From NCBI GenBank assembly GCA_965217865.1, contig CBDCJO010000002.1, forward strand, positions 4,064,001 through 4,128,000: DNA of 64,000 nt. Reading direction: 5' to 3'. The stretch is from Candidatus Latescibacterota bacterium (GTDB lineage: Bacteria > Latescibacterota > UBA2968 > SICM01). Shown one piece after another: positions 41,612 to 52,746 of this stretch (the first letter of the stretch is position 1; each line of letters begins with the position of its first letter). The position numbers were made by a program, and so were the translations under genes. The notes under the pieces are model-generated. The model was not told where the DNA came from. It searched no databases and was given only the letters and a program-made list of their open reading frames with translations.

Positions 41612-43786
41612 CTATAGTGTCTTCCCGAAAGCCCCCGCAAAAAGAAAGAAGTCATCAAAATCGATCTTGTTGTTCCCCCGTCCAGGTCGAAACGGACGTT
41701 ATCACCAGTCGGCTCCTGACTGAACGCGGCTGCAAACAGGAAGAAATCCTCCAGATCCACTTGGCCGGTCCCGTCGAAATCCGGAGATGTCCCCACGGCA
41801 TAAACCACCCCGGACAGGCGGACCGTCGTCGGATCCCCCGCGTTGTGATCGATCAGGAGGCTGGCCGACTTGGTCCCCGGAGATGTCGGAGAAAATATCA
41901 CCGTTATCGCCTCGGACCCTCCCGAAGCGATCGTGACCTGAGTCGTCGAGACTTCGTACTCAGAAGCGTGCGTCCCTTCCACTGTGATCGCGGTGATGGA
42001 GAGGTCCTCGGTGCCCGGGTTGTTAATCGTGAAAGATCCCTGATCAATTGTTTCCGCCTCCACACCGTCGAACGACACGACGTCGGCCTGAAGGCCGAGG
42101 ACCGGTCCGCCTTCTGCGACAGCGGCCAAGTCGACGGTGAGTTGATCCCCGGCGTTGTGATCCACGAGCATAGTGATTGACTTATTCCCGATAGAAGCAG
42201 GATCGAATGTAATCGTTATGGTCTCCGATCCCCCGGGTGCGATCGTGGCCGAGGTGGGGGAGACCTCGAATTCCGAAACATCGGCCCCTTCCAGGGTGAT
42301 CCCGGTGATGGACAGATTCGAGACGCCCGGGTTCGTGATCGTCCCCTGAACAGCGTTCTCACCCACCTTGATGGTCTCCAACGTCAGGGTGGAAACCGAC
42401 AGGCTGATCTCCGGACCGCCCTCCACGGCGAACCCGGTTACGTCGATCCCCTTGGACCCGGCATCGGATTCCACAAACAGGACGGCCGACCGGGCCCCTT
42501 TTCTGCTGGGGTTAAAAATCACTGTGATCGTCTCGATGCCCCCGGGGTCAATCGTGGGCAGCGTCTCCTGCCCCTGGTAATCCCTTCTTCCAGAACCGCT
42601 GAACGTGAACTCCGTGATGGTCAGGGGCCCGGTTCCGATGTTCGAGACCTCCAGGGTATGTTCGGAACTCCCCCCGACCCCCGTCGTGTCGAAGGCCAGG
42701 GATGTGACCATCAGCGCGAGGATCCCGTCGGGCCCCACACGGCGGACGCGGTGATTTAGATAGTCGGAAAAATAGACGTTTATGCCGTCTGCATCCACGG
42801 CCACGCCGTAGGGTCGGTTCAGCTCGGCCTGGTTCGCCGGACCCCCGTCCCCCGAATCTCCGCCTATGACTTGGTCTAATGCATCTTTCTCGAATTTTGA
42901 ACCCGCAAGGGTATCGATGATCCTGCTTGAGTTCACAACTCGGATGCGGTGATTGCCTGTGTCGGCGATGTAGACGTTTCCTTTGGAATCCGTGGCCACC
43001 CCGGAGGGATACCACAGGGCGGCGTCTGTAGCCGACACGTTGGTCCTGAGTTGCGCCCGGTCTCCCCGTCCGCCGGCAAGGGTCGTGATGACCCCGGTGA
43101 CGTCTATAAGGCGGATGCGGTTATTTATCCCGTCCGCGATGTAGAAATCCCCCCCGTCTATGTCGATGTCGTTCGGCTGGTACAGCCAGGCCTCTGTAGC
43201 CGGTCCCCCGTCCCCCCCGCACGTTCCCCGATCTATCCACGGCCACCCCCTTCGGCCAGAACAGTTTGGCCTCCGTAGCCGGTCCCCCGTCCCCGGAAAA
43301 ACCACCCATCAAACCTCCTCCACTCCCTACATGGGGTTCGGTTGCTGAACCCGCAAAGGTCGTGATGATCCCGTCAGGATCCACAACGCGGATCCGCTGA
43401 TTGTTGGAGTCGACGATGTACACGTTCCCTTTTGAATCCACGGCCACACCGAACGGGTCGTTAAGGCTGGCCTCCGTAGCGAGCTCCTCGTCCCCTGAAA
43501 AATCCGCATCTCCGTTTCCGGCAATGGTCTCGATGATCCCGTCCAGGCCCACGCGGCGGATGCGGTAGTTTCTTGTGTCGCAAATGTAGAGGACCCCCCT
43601 TTCATCCAGGAACAGGCCCCCCGGATTCGTTAACTTGGCCTCATTGGCCGGACCCCCGTCCCCTGCAAATCCGGGCGAATCCGAACCTGCAAAGGTCGTG
43701 ATTTTATCCGTGCCCTCAACCGCGGCCAGATTTCCCGGTTCCTGAAGGCAGAGCACACAGACAATAGCCATGCATAGACGTGACAT
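41612..43786 (-). pseudogene. NHL/Ig/EF-hand protein, paralog 3; 92-bp deletion near 43220 and +2 C near 41675
   Basis: Alignment to paralog 2: the equivalent of 40703-40794 is missing; TTCCCCCG versus TTCCCG. Confidence 0.8.
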
Positions 43787-44103
43787 AACGACTTTCCTCC
43801 GAATATCCGATTTGGGCACCGGAACCGATGCGGTCAGATCGAAATCGCTTTCTTAATACCATCACACCAGTGCCGGGATTGGTCCCGGAGAACAGTTCCT
43901 CATATAAAAACGTAAAGCCGCATCTATCCGGATGCGGCTGGTTGCGGTTCCCCCGTATATTTTACGAGTTTCCATCGCCTCCCTCCCAGGGAGAGTGTTT
44001 TAAACTCAATCGACTTTAGAAAAATTACGGGAGGATGTATGGGAATGTCAAGCGAAATCCGATTTGTGTGTTCGTCAAAACTCTCCTGAATCGGATTGCC
44101 CTC

Positions 44104-44234
44104 GTAGGGGCACGGCATGCCGTGCCCCTACACCAATTTCATCTGCCCACCGATTTCCGTAGGGGCGAGGCGGTGCCTCGCCCGATGATTCGTCCAAATC
44201 CCATCGCCGGGCGACCACATAGGTTCCCCCTAAC
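44104..44234. repeat. REP-like module D, copy 3
   Basis: Same three-hairpin order as 17533 and 36190. Confidence 0.85.
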
Positions 44235-44370
44235 GCCTGACCTCCGATTCCCGTCTCACGTTTGACGTTTGACGTTTGACTGATTTTCAATCTCCTTTGA
44301 CCCCTGGCTTTTCCCTAACCTCTTACCTCCAGCCCCTGTCTTTTGCATTTTCCTTTACTGACACCTGTTC

Positions 44371-45891
44371 TATCTTTTGTCTGAGATCGCCCGAAAAAAC
44401 GGGGGCAAGGTCGAAGCAAGATCCTGGTTGCCTGTAGGGTTGAGAAGGGATACATATTTTGGGATATCCCTGACCTCACAGGAGGAGTAAAGATGGAGCA
44501 ACTGTCCTCAAACAGTGACCCGGTCAAGAAGCGCAGGAGCTTGTCCCCGGAACAGAAGTATGAGATTTTCCTTGAAGCCAGCCGGGGAGATGTTCCCATT
44601 GCACAGGTGCTGCGGAAATGGGGCATTCATTCCTCGGATCTAAAGCGTATTCGTGAGTCGGTCAAGTCCGGGGCCCTCAAGGAGTTCAAGGGTCGCCGGA
44701 GCCGCAAGCCGATGGTATCGGCTGAGGAGGTGGAGCAGCTGCGCAAAGAGCGGGCACGCCTGGAGCAAACGATCATTGAGCAATCTGTGGAACTTTCCCT
44801 GCTAAAAAAAAGTGTGAATGGGATCTGACAGGCCCGATCAAGGGCCACCGGGTGCAAGCTGAGGTCAAACGCGAGATCCTCTTAATGGTCCATCGGGCCA
44901 AGGAGAAAGGGGTGAAACTCACCCGTTCTTGCGAGATCCTACAGCTTCCCCTCCAGCGGTATTGTGCCTGGAGCCGGCGAGATCGAGAAGAGAAGCTGGA
45001 TGGGGTGTCGGACCCGCTTTTGGATGGGAAGCCCGGGCCCGCCCCTGATGAGGCCCCACACGGATGAGACCTATGCCGATCTGCCTCCCCATCAGCTGGC
45101 GGTGGTAGCCTCAGAGAAGGGGGTAGTGCAGGCCTCGGCCTCCAGCTTCTACCGACAGGCCAGGAAAGAACGTCTGGCACGCAGGAAACAGGTGAGGACG
45201 CCGGTCAAGCAGAGCAAGCCCCAGGTCAAACCTGAAGGTCCTAATCAGGTCTGGAGCTGGGACCTGACCTACATCCCATTTTTCGGTTTGTTCCTGTATT
45301 TTACCGCCATTCTCGACGTGTATTCCAGGAAAATCGTAGGATGGAAGCTCTCCTTCAACGCGACCGTGGAGCAGGTCAAACAGGCCTGGGATCAAGCCCT
45401 TGCCAACGAAGGACTGCTGGACCTGGACACTGGGCCCATAAGCTTGACAGCCCTCTCAGATCACGGATCTCAGATGAAGGCCAAATCGATGGCCCAATTC
45501 TTCAAGGACCTGGGCATCTCGCAGCTGTTTGCCCGATATCAAACACCCACGGACAACGCCTGGATCGAAGCCTTTTTCCGGACATTCAAATACGACTGGC
45601 TGCGCTTCCAGGACATCTTCACATTCCATCAACTGGAAGGCCTGATTGATTCCTTCATTCACAGCTACAACGCCGAACGCTATCACGGGGCAATACAGTA
45701 TGTCACGCCTCTTCAGAGGCATAAAGGCCAGCATCAAAAGATTCTTCACCACCGACAAGGTCGAAAGGAGGAGGCTCGGCAGCGCCGCATAGAAATCAAT
45801 CGGCAAAGAACATCCCAGACCATCCACAAGGCTGCCTGAATCTTGCTTGGACCTTTATCTGCTTTTCTCTTGTTATCTCAGAATAGATACA
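44371..45891 (+). mobile_element. IS3-family element, copy 2 (1521 bp); 44-bp deletion in orfB; no target duplication
   Basis: Near-identical to 26897-28461; deletion between GGAT repeats near 45062; flanks GTTC and GTCG differ. Confidence 0.93.
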
Positions 45892-46140
45892 GTCGGCAAC
45901 GCATGGGAGTTTGATCGGTTCAGTCCGATGGATGCGATACCGGCCACGGTCAATCTCACCACCTACTCGGGTGGTTCGACCGATTTCATCGAAACGCCGC
46001 TTCAGATGGTGGTTAAGGAAGTAGAGGAGGGACGCCTGACGCCCAGGATCGGGCGTGTGTTTCAACTGGATGCCATCGTTGAAGCGCACCGCTGCATGGA
46101 AGACAACGCAGCCGGTGGCAAGATCGTCGTCCTCACCTGA
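45892..46140 (+). pseudogene. C-terminal remnant of a zinc-binding alcohol dehydrogenase / quinone oxidoreductase
   Basis: ..IGRVFQLDAIVEAHRCMEDNAAGGKIVVLT*; the 5' part is missing at the IS end. Confidence 0.75.
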
Positions 46141-46362
46141 AGAAAGGAAATCATGCCTACCAACCGGCGCGCTCCGCCACCTCTTAAGGGGTATACGATT
46201 CTGCCAGCCTTAACCACCCGACACAATTACTTGGAAGTGTTTGACAAAACCGGTTAGTTGATTACCTTTGGGCCATTGATCTTAAAATAAGCCAATAGCG
46301 GCTATTCGAAGTGTCTGAAGCGACCAAAGCAATGTTCATCGCCTAACAGGAAGGAGGCACTC

Positions 46363-46791
46363 ATGGCTTCAGAAGTCGTTGTGCGATCCGTGTCTGGGGA
46401 GCGGTTCACCCAGGAGGCCGAAACCGGAAGACACAAACTCCTGGGGGATGAGCCGGAATCCTTTGGCGGCTCCGATCGCGGCCCCGGGCCCTACGAATAC
46501 TTGCTTATCGCGCTTGGAACGTGAACGTCCATCACACTCCGCATGTATGCGGAGCGGAAAGGATTCGCACTGGAGAGCGTTGAGGTACGGCTCAGTCACG
46601 GGAGGATTCACACAAAGGACTGTGAGGATTGCGAGACTAAAGAGGGAATGCTCGATGAGATCCAGAGCCGGATCCGTATGAGTGGGGATCTCGACGCCGC
46701 CCAGCGCACCCGGCTGTTAGAGATCGCTACCCGTTGCCCGGTACATCGGACGCTCACTTCCGAGATCAAAATTCGAACGATGGAAGATTGA
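46363..46791 (+). CDS. OsmC/YhfA-family protein, probable selenoprotein (TGA at 46522-46524)
   Basis: [53 protein letters not shown]; TGA is codon 54, in frame. Confidence 0.82.
46537..46554 (+). promoter_or_regulatory. Putative bacterial SECIS hairpin
   Basis: CTCCGCA-TGTA-TGCGGAG beginning 12 nt after the TGA. Confidence 0.65.
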
Positions 46792-46900
46792 CTTCCGTCA
46801 AACGTCAAACGTGAGACGGGGAAGACCCTTCCGCCCATCCCCACGGGAATACAGAATACAGAGTCAGGAAACCGGGGGGTAGGGTGTCAAAGGTAAGGGG
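46792..46900. repeat. Mosaic: AACGTCA array plus partial module A (46822-46868)
   Basis: Read directly. Confidence 0.8.
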
Positions 46901-46951
46901 AAACGTCGCTCCCCAAAGCAATAGTTCACGACGCAGGATCAGGGAGGCAGC

Positions 46952-48070
46952 ATGAGCAAACGAGTGGCAATCGTCGCCGGCGGCAGAACCCCCTTCGTCA
47001 AAGCGGGCAAAACCTTCAAGGATCTGGGCCCTCTCAGGTTGGCCTGTCATGCAGTGAGCGGCCTGATCGAGCGGCACGGCATCGACCCGGACAGCATCGA
47101 GGCCATCGCTTACGGGGTGGTCGTACCGGATCCGCGGCGACCGAACCTGGCACGCGAGATCGTTTTCGAGACCGGCCTTCCGACGCGTATTGAGGCGCAG
47201 ACCATCTCCTCTTACTGCATCACGGGCTTGCGCACGCTCACGGTAATCGCCGATGCGATCGCCAGCGGGCGGATCGAGGTTGGCCTCGCAGGAGGCGTCG
47301 ACTCTCTTTCACACTCCGATCCGGAGACGCTTCAAGAGCCCACCACGGGGCTCTCGATGGGTGAGCATACGGAGATCACACGCGGGGAATGGGAGATTCC
47401 CCGGGAGCGGCAGGATGAAATCGCCCTCGCCAGCCATCGAAATGCCATCGCCGCCCGGGATCGTCTTGTCGAGGAGATCCTCCCGCTCCTCGGCGAAGAG
47501 CGCGACACCGGTCCGCGAGAGGGCACCTCCCTGGAGGCCCTCGCCGCGCTGAAGCCGGTGTTCGATGAGAACGGCACGATCACAGCAGGCAACGCCTCGC
47601 CGCTCACCGACGGAGCCACCGCTGTCCTTCTCATGAGTGAGCAGCGAGCCCGCCTCGAAGCTCGGGAGCCGCTGGCCTTTATCCGCGACATGGAGTACGG
47701 CGCGATCGATCCAGAGGAGGGGCTGCTCATGGCACCGGCGGTGGTGGTGCCGCGTCTCCTCGGCCGAAACTCGCTTACGCTCCCACAGATCGATCTCATC
47801 GAGATCCATGAGGCCTTTGCAGCCCAAGTGCTGGCCAACGCCGTGGCCTGGGAGCGAGGGTGGAAGGCTGAACCCACGGCACCCGTCGACTGGGACCGGG
47901 TCAATGTCTCAGGCAGCTCCATCGCAGTGGGTCATCCCTGGTCGGCTACAGGCGGACGCATCGTCACGACCCTCGCCAACGAGATGGCCCGTCGGGACGC
48001 GCGAAACGGGCTTGTGAGCATCTGTGCCGCTGGCGCCATGGCCGGAGCGTTCCTCTTGGAGCGGAGTTGA
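46952..48070 (+). CDS. Thiolase family protein (acetyl-CoA C-acyltransferase)
   Basis: GGRTPF, SSYCITG, TITAGNASPLTDGA, IHEAFA, GHPWSATG, CAAG. Confidence 0.92.
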   Translation: MSKRVAIVAGGRTPFVKAGKTFKDLGPLRLACHAVSGLIERHGIDPDSIEAIAYGVVVPDPRRPNLAREIVFETGLPTRIEAQTISSYCITGLRTLTVIADAIASGRIEVGLAGGVDSLSHSDPETLQEPTTGLSMGEHTEITRGEWEIPRERQDEIALASHRNAIAARDRLVEEILPLLGEERDTGPREGTSLEALAALKPVFDENGTITAGNASPLTDGATAVLLMSEQRARLEAREPLAFIRDMEYGAIDPEEGLLMAPAVVVPRLLGRNSLTLPQIDLIEIHEAFAAQVLANAVAWERGWKAEPTAPVDWDRVNVSGSSIAVGHPWSATGGRIVTTLANEMARRDARNGLVSICAAGAMAGAFLLERS

Positions 48071-48275
48071 GCCTCTCGATGCAACCGCACAGCCGTCGGA
48101 GAGCTTCTCTTGAAGATTTCGATTTTGTCCTATAACTGCAATCGTGGCTTATTGCTGGAAGGAAAGCGTCTTGGCCGCTTAAAAAGAAGAAGTGGTTGAC
48201 CCAAAGGAGTGTACTCTCAAGCTCCTGTCGGCAATTAATTTGTATTCACAACCCCCCCAAAAAAGGAGGACCCTC

Positions 48276-48566
48276 ATGGCTGTTAATGTCATTGTCGAGT
48301 TCCAGGCTAAGTCAGAAGCAGCGAGCCAGTTCAAGGGCCTGCTAATAGAAGCATTGCCAGATACCCGTGCTTACGATGGCTGTCAAGGCCTTGACGAATA
48401 CCACAATTTGGATGACGAAGGAAACATCGTGTTGGTCGAAAAGTGGGAATCTAGACAGCACTATGAGAAATATCTTGCGTGGCGTACTGAGAGCGGCATG
48501 ATGGACCAGGTGAGTGAGATGCTGGCTAGGGAGCCGAGCATCCGATACTACGAGAAAGTCAGTTAG
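48276..48566 (+). CDS. Antibiotic-biosynthesis monooxygenase (ABM) domain protein
   Basis: [25 protein letters not shown]..WR. Confidence 0.85.
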   Translation: MAVNVIVEFQAKSEAASQFKGLLIEALPDTRAYDGCQGLDEYHNLDDEGNIVLVEKWESRQHYEKYLAWRTESGMMDQVSEMLAREPSIRYYEKVS

Positions 48567-48745
48567 TGTGCTTTTGATGCCCAACATTAAATGACTCAAA
48601 CGCTAAGAGACTTATTGCTTTACCTTTGTCCGGCCATGTCGTTAGCCACAATTGCCCACCACCTAAAACAATTAGACGGGCAACGACTCTTGCGGCTGTC
48701 GTCATTCATGGATAGAAATTGACGGAACAATGAAAGGAGAAAGAG

Positions 48746-49429
48746 ATGGCACTTGATCAAGGAACCGTTCTCTCGGTGAACGTGGGAGGCATCCGTCAGT
48801 TCGATTACAACGGCAAACCGGCGGTGAGCGCGATCTGGAAATCGCCCGTCAAGGGCCGGATCGCTGCAAGGGGAGTGAATTTGGAGGGCGACGACCAGGC
48901 CGACCGGGAGGTGCATGGGGGTCCCGACAAGGCGGTATACGCATACGCAGTGGAGGACACGCGATGGTGGGAAGAAGACCTCGGTTGCTCGCTCGAGTAC
49001 GGCCAGTTCGGGGAGAACCTAACGACAGAAGGCATCGATGTGACCAGCGCCCTGGTCGGAGAGCGCTGGGAGATCGGAAGCATGGTGCTGGAAGTGTCGG
49101 AGCCACGCGTTCCCTGCTGGCGGCTGGGAGTGCGGATGGAGGACAAGCGTTTTCCCCGCCGCTTCACGGAGGTCGGGCGGCCGGGGACCTACTTCCGGAT
49201 CGCCGTGGAGGGGGATGTGGGTGCCGGAGATGAAATCCGGGTTGTGGAGCGACCCGACCACGACCTGTCGATCGGTGATGTGTTTCGCATCTACACGAAG
49301 GATCGAGATGAGATGGAGCGGTTGCTCTCGGTGCCGCAGATATCCTCAAGCTGGCAGCAATGGGCGGAAAAGGGACTTGAGAAGCGTCAAGGGCGAAGCG
49401 CGGATCCGGCCGACCCGGGGTGTTGTTAG
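48746..49429 (+). CDS. MOSC domain protein (YiiM-like)
   Basis: SAIWKSPV, GDDQADREVHGGPDKAVY, FGENLT, PRVPCWRL. Confidence 0.92.
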   Translation: MALDQGTVLSVNVGGIRQFDYNGKPAVSAIWKSPVKGRIAARGVNLEGDDQADREVHGGPDKAVYAYAVEDTRWWEEDLGCSLEYGQFGENLTTEGIDVTSALVGERWEIGSMVLEVSEPRVPCWRLGVRMEDKRFPRRFTEVGRPGTYFRIAVEGDVGAGDEIRVVERPDHDLSIGDVFRIYTKDRDEMERLLSVPQISSSWQQWAEKGLEKRQGRSADPADPGCC

Positions 49430-49476
49430 GGACCAATCTCATGGCAGTCCTCGTAACCAATTAAAAGATAACGACC

Positions 49477-50562
49477 ATGGCTAAGCCAAGAATCCTCGTT
49501 ACTGCGGCCGCCGGTCGTACTGGCTCACCCGCGGTGCTCCAACTGCTCGAGAAGGGATTTCCCGTACGCGCCTTCGTGAGGCGCAAGGACGCGCGGGCGA
49601 CCGTCCTAGAGCGGGCAGGCGCTGAGATATTCGTCGGTGACATGTTCGATTATCGGGACCTCCGAAAATCGTTGGTCGAAGTTCAACGCGCGTATCACTG
49701 CCCGCCCCTTTCGTCCAATCTTCTGCACAACACGATGCTGTTCGCTGTCGCGGCGCAAGAAGCCAAACTCGAAGTCGTGGCGTTGATGAGTCAGTGGAAT
49801 CCGCACCCCACCCACCCGTCGATCATCACGCGCGAACACTGGATCGCGAACCAGGTCTACCGCTGGATGCCGTCCGTGGACGTTATCCACGTCAACCCGG
49901 GCTTGTTCGCGTTCGCCTATCTCCTCGGTCTGCCAGCGATCGTCCACTTTGGCATGTTGATGGCGCCGTTTGGCGACGGCCTGAATGCGCCTCCCTCGAA
50001 TGAGGACATTGCGCACGTCGCGACAGGTGCGCTGTCCGATCCCACCGACCATATCGGCAAGAGCTATCGCCCGACCGGTCCCGAACTGATTTCACCGAAG
50101 GACATTGCCGGAATCCTGGGCAAAGTTCTCGGGCGCAAGGTCACTTACAAAGACGTGCCGTTCAAAGCGTTTAACAAGGCGGCCATCGCCCAAGGTTTTC
50201 CGCTTTCTGACATCGCTCCCCTGCGCTACTACACCGAGGAGATCAGAGAAGGCGCGTTTGCCGTCGGAGCACCGACCGATCACGTCCTCCAAGTCAGCGG
50301 AATCGCGCCTGAGGACTTCGAGTCGATCGCGCGTCGATATATCCAGAACCCGTCACTGATTCATCCGGCGCTTAAGGTCGGGTCGAAACTGAGAGCGATC
50401 GGATTCCTCCTCAGGATGCTTGATACCAGGCCGGCGGACCTTGACGCCTGGGAGCGTGACCGCGGCTACCCGCTCTTGAGCAATCCGGTTCTGTCGCAGG
50501 ACAGCGCCGAATGGCGTGCGACTGCCGAGCGACAGCAACTCAATCTTCTTCCCGACGCGTAA
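49477..50562 (+). CDS. NmrA-family NAD(P)-binding protein
   Basis: ILVTAAAGRTG Rossmann start; EDIA.VA..L; TGPELIS. Confidence 0.88.
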   Translation: MAKPRILVTAAAGRTGSPAVLQLLEKGFPVRAFVRRKDARATVLERAGAEIFVGDMFDYRDLRKSLVEVQRAYHCPPLSSNLLHNTMLFAVAAQEAKLEVVALMSQWNPHPTHPSIITREHWIANQVYRWMPSVDVIHVNPGLFAFAYLLGLPAIVHFGMLMAPFGDGLNAPPSNEDIAHVATGALSDPTDHIGKSYRPTGPELISPKDIAGILGKVLGRKVTYKDVPFKAFNKAAIAQGFPLSDIAPLRYYTEEIREGAFAVGAPTDHVLQVSGIAPEDFESIARRYIQNPSLIHPALKVGSKLRAIGFLLRMLDTRPADLDAWERDRGYPLLSNPVLSQDSAEWRATAERQQLNLLPDA

Positions 50563-50639
50563 TCCGTGGAACCGGTTCGGGAACGAGGGGGACGGTGTTG
50601 CCAAGAGCCTCGCAGCCGGTGCAAAAACCCTAAATAAAA

Positions 50640-51479
50640 ATGAGCGACGCCAAGAACCCCCCGAGCCCGATCGAAAACCGAGATGACAGCGGCTACCGGT
50701 ACGAGAACTTCCGGGCGGCCCTGCTCCTGAACGACGCGCGGTTCTCGCCCGACGCCCTGCAGCTGGGCCAGGTCTTGCCCGACCGGATGCTGGTCAGCCC
50801 GGACGGCGAGGAGATCTCCTTGCGGAATGTTTCAGACGGGCGGCCGATCGTGTTGGTTACGGGTTCGCTGACCTGCCCGCTCACAATCAGCACCCTGCCG
50901 ATGTTCACCGAATTGTACCGGCGTTACCACGATCGCGTGGCTTTCGCTTTCATCTACACCCGGGAGGCCCATCCCGGAGAGAACGTCGGACAACCGGCCA
51001 CGCTACCAGAGAAAGTCGAACATGCGCGTCTATTGAAGGAGATCCACGGCCTGGACTGGCCGGTTCTTGTCGACGATCTGGATGGCACCCTGCACGGAAT
51101 GCTGGATACCAAGCAGAATTCTGTTCACATCCTCGGATCTGACGGAAGGATCATGTTCCGGGCGCTGTTTGCGGGCGACAGCGCCGTGGAGAAGGCGATC
51201 GTGGCCATTGCCGGGGGCGGGGAGCCGCACAAAAACCAAGCCCGCGGCAAACTGGCTGGTCCCATGAAGTCCGTCGGCTATATCGACGAAACCCTGCGAC
51301 AGGCAGGCTCACAGGCGTACCGCGATGTCATCAAGGCGGTACCTCCGATGGCGATGATGGCGATTATGTCCAGGGCCTTTCCCTTCTTGCCGAGAGTCAG
51401 CCGTGGATGGGCCGCGGCAGGTACTCTAATGGTCGGAGGGGCCGTGGTCCTATGGGGGCTCGCCAGGCTTTTTCTCTAG
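50640..51479 (+). CDS. Deiodinase-like thioredoxin-fold protein with C-terminal TM
   Basis: VTGSLTCP, FIYTREAHPGE, VLVDDLDG. Confidence 0.8.
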   Translation: MSDAKNPPSPIENRDDSGYRYENFRAALLLNDARFSPDALQLGQVLPDRMLVSPDGEEISLRNVSDGRPIVLVTGSLTCPLTISTLPMFTELYRRYHDRVAFAFIYTREAHPGENVGQPATLPEKVEHARLLKEIHGLDWPVLVDDLDGTLHGMLDTKQNSVHILGSDGRIMFRALFAGDSAVEKAIVAIAGGGEPHKNQARGKLAGPMKSVGYIDETLRQAGSQAYRDVIKAVPPMAMMAIMSRAFPFLPRVSRGWAAAGTLMVGGAVVLWGLARLFL

Positions 51480-51669
51480 CCTCAGAGAGTCCGCGGCGCT
51501 GCCACACCCCAACCTCATCTTATCTATGGCGCATATCTTGCCCCGTTGTTGAATCCCACGGCCTCGTTAACGCACCTAAACCATCGGTTTTGGTAAGTTA
51601 GATTACCCCGACTTCGATTATGTCTCCAAAAGCAAGAGCTGAATCAGATCTGACTCAAGGGGGAGAGCG

Positions 51670-51963
51670 ATGGAGGAGCTGAACGCCGTAGTAACTCAGA
51701 AGATTGCGGTGGCGCCGGACCTGATAGTATTGCAGGTGACGCCCCGGGATTGGGATCTGCCCGAATTCGAGGCGGGCCAATTTGCGGTGCTCGGACTGCC
51801 ACCCGACGCGCCCCGGGCAACCTGGTCAGATCAGGAGGACGAAATTACCAACCCCGACAGGCTGATAAGGCGTGCGTATTCCATCGCATCTTCGTCAGTT
51901 GCCCGGGAGTATATGGAGTTTTATGTGACGATGGTCCGTTCGGGGGCTCTGACCCCGAGGCTG
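51670..51963 (+). pseudogene. Ferredoxin-NADP reductase N-terminal fragment
   Basis: FEAGQFAVLGL, RRAYSIASS, GALTPRL; the NADP domain is absent. Confidence 0.8.
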
Positions 51964-52732
51964 TGCAGCCGCGGGAACTATTATACCACCGCTTCAAAAC
52001 TTGCAACTGTTAGGTGAACTTAGATCTGAAACCTGGAGACTCGGTTATAACCTTTATGTGGGAAATGGTTCTACCACTAATGAGAACAATTTGGATTTGA
52101 ATGCTAATAAAAGTGTTGGAGCCCGGCTCTGGATAGAACCGACCCAGCAGAACTTGGCGATCGGCGCTTCTTTTTTTACGGAAAAGGGTGTCTTTGGAAT
52201 CAGGCCTCACGTGGATATGAAAGCAATGATGACAAAGGCTCTGTCTTTGGGGCTGACCCCGAACAAGATTGTGCCTATCCTGCCCACGGTTACAGAATCC
52301 GAAACCCGGCGTACTTGGGGTGTAGATGTCCGGTATGTTAAGCACAATTTTGAGCTTCGGGGAGAATTCGCCAAAAGTAGCATCTCAGATCTTTCCTTGT
52401 TGGATGCCTCAACTATTTCTGATACAACTCAAACTTACACATTTAACCGCTCAAATTTTTCAAAGAAGTTTTATTACGTTAATTTGAACTATACCTTTCT
52501 GGAGAAACTCACACCGTATTTTGAAATTAATGTATTTGAGGACCCTAGACATTTCGTGTTTCGAAATAAACTGCGAAGGTTAACGTTCGGGGGCGCTTTC
52601 AGGCCCCATTCTAATGTGGCAATAAAGGCGGAGTTTCACAATCACTTTTTTGGGGAGAAATTTAATAAGAAGCCTGGAAATTTCAAGAACTTCCAGATGT
52701 ATTGGACAGCGATATCCGTCTTTTTCAATTAA
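51964..52732 (+). pseudogene. Outer-membrane beta-barrel (porin-like), 5'-truncated
   Basis: Alternating beta strands ending AISVFFN; no start or signal peptide; low GC from the junction onward. Confidence 0.65.
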
Positions 52733-52746
52733 GGGTGGTTCGGTCG

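Noticed and set aside
36570-43786. Diversity-generating retroelement acting on the NHL paralogs
   Set aside because: There is no reverse transcriptase in the window. Differences involve all bases over whole genes rather than adenine-specific changes in a short TR/VR pair.
26897-45891. Composite transposon between the two IS copies
   Set aside because: Copy 1 has its own AACG duplication, and the outer flanks (AACG / GTCG) do not match.
48580-48647. attC-like site (GCCCAAC...GTTAGCC)
   Set aside because: The inner L boxes and stem pair poorly, there is no integron integrase, and no comparable sites follow neighbouring genes.
50874-50876. Selenocysteine in the deiodinase-like protein
   Set aside because: The active-site codon is TGC (Cys).
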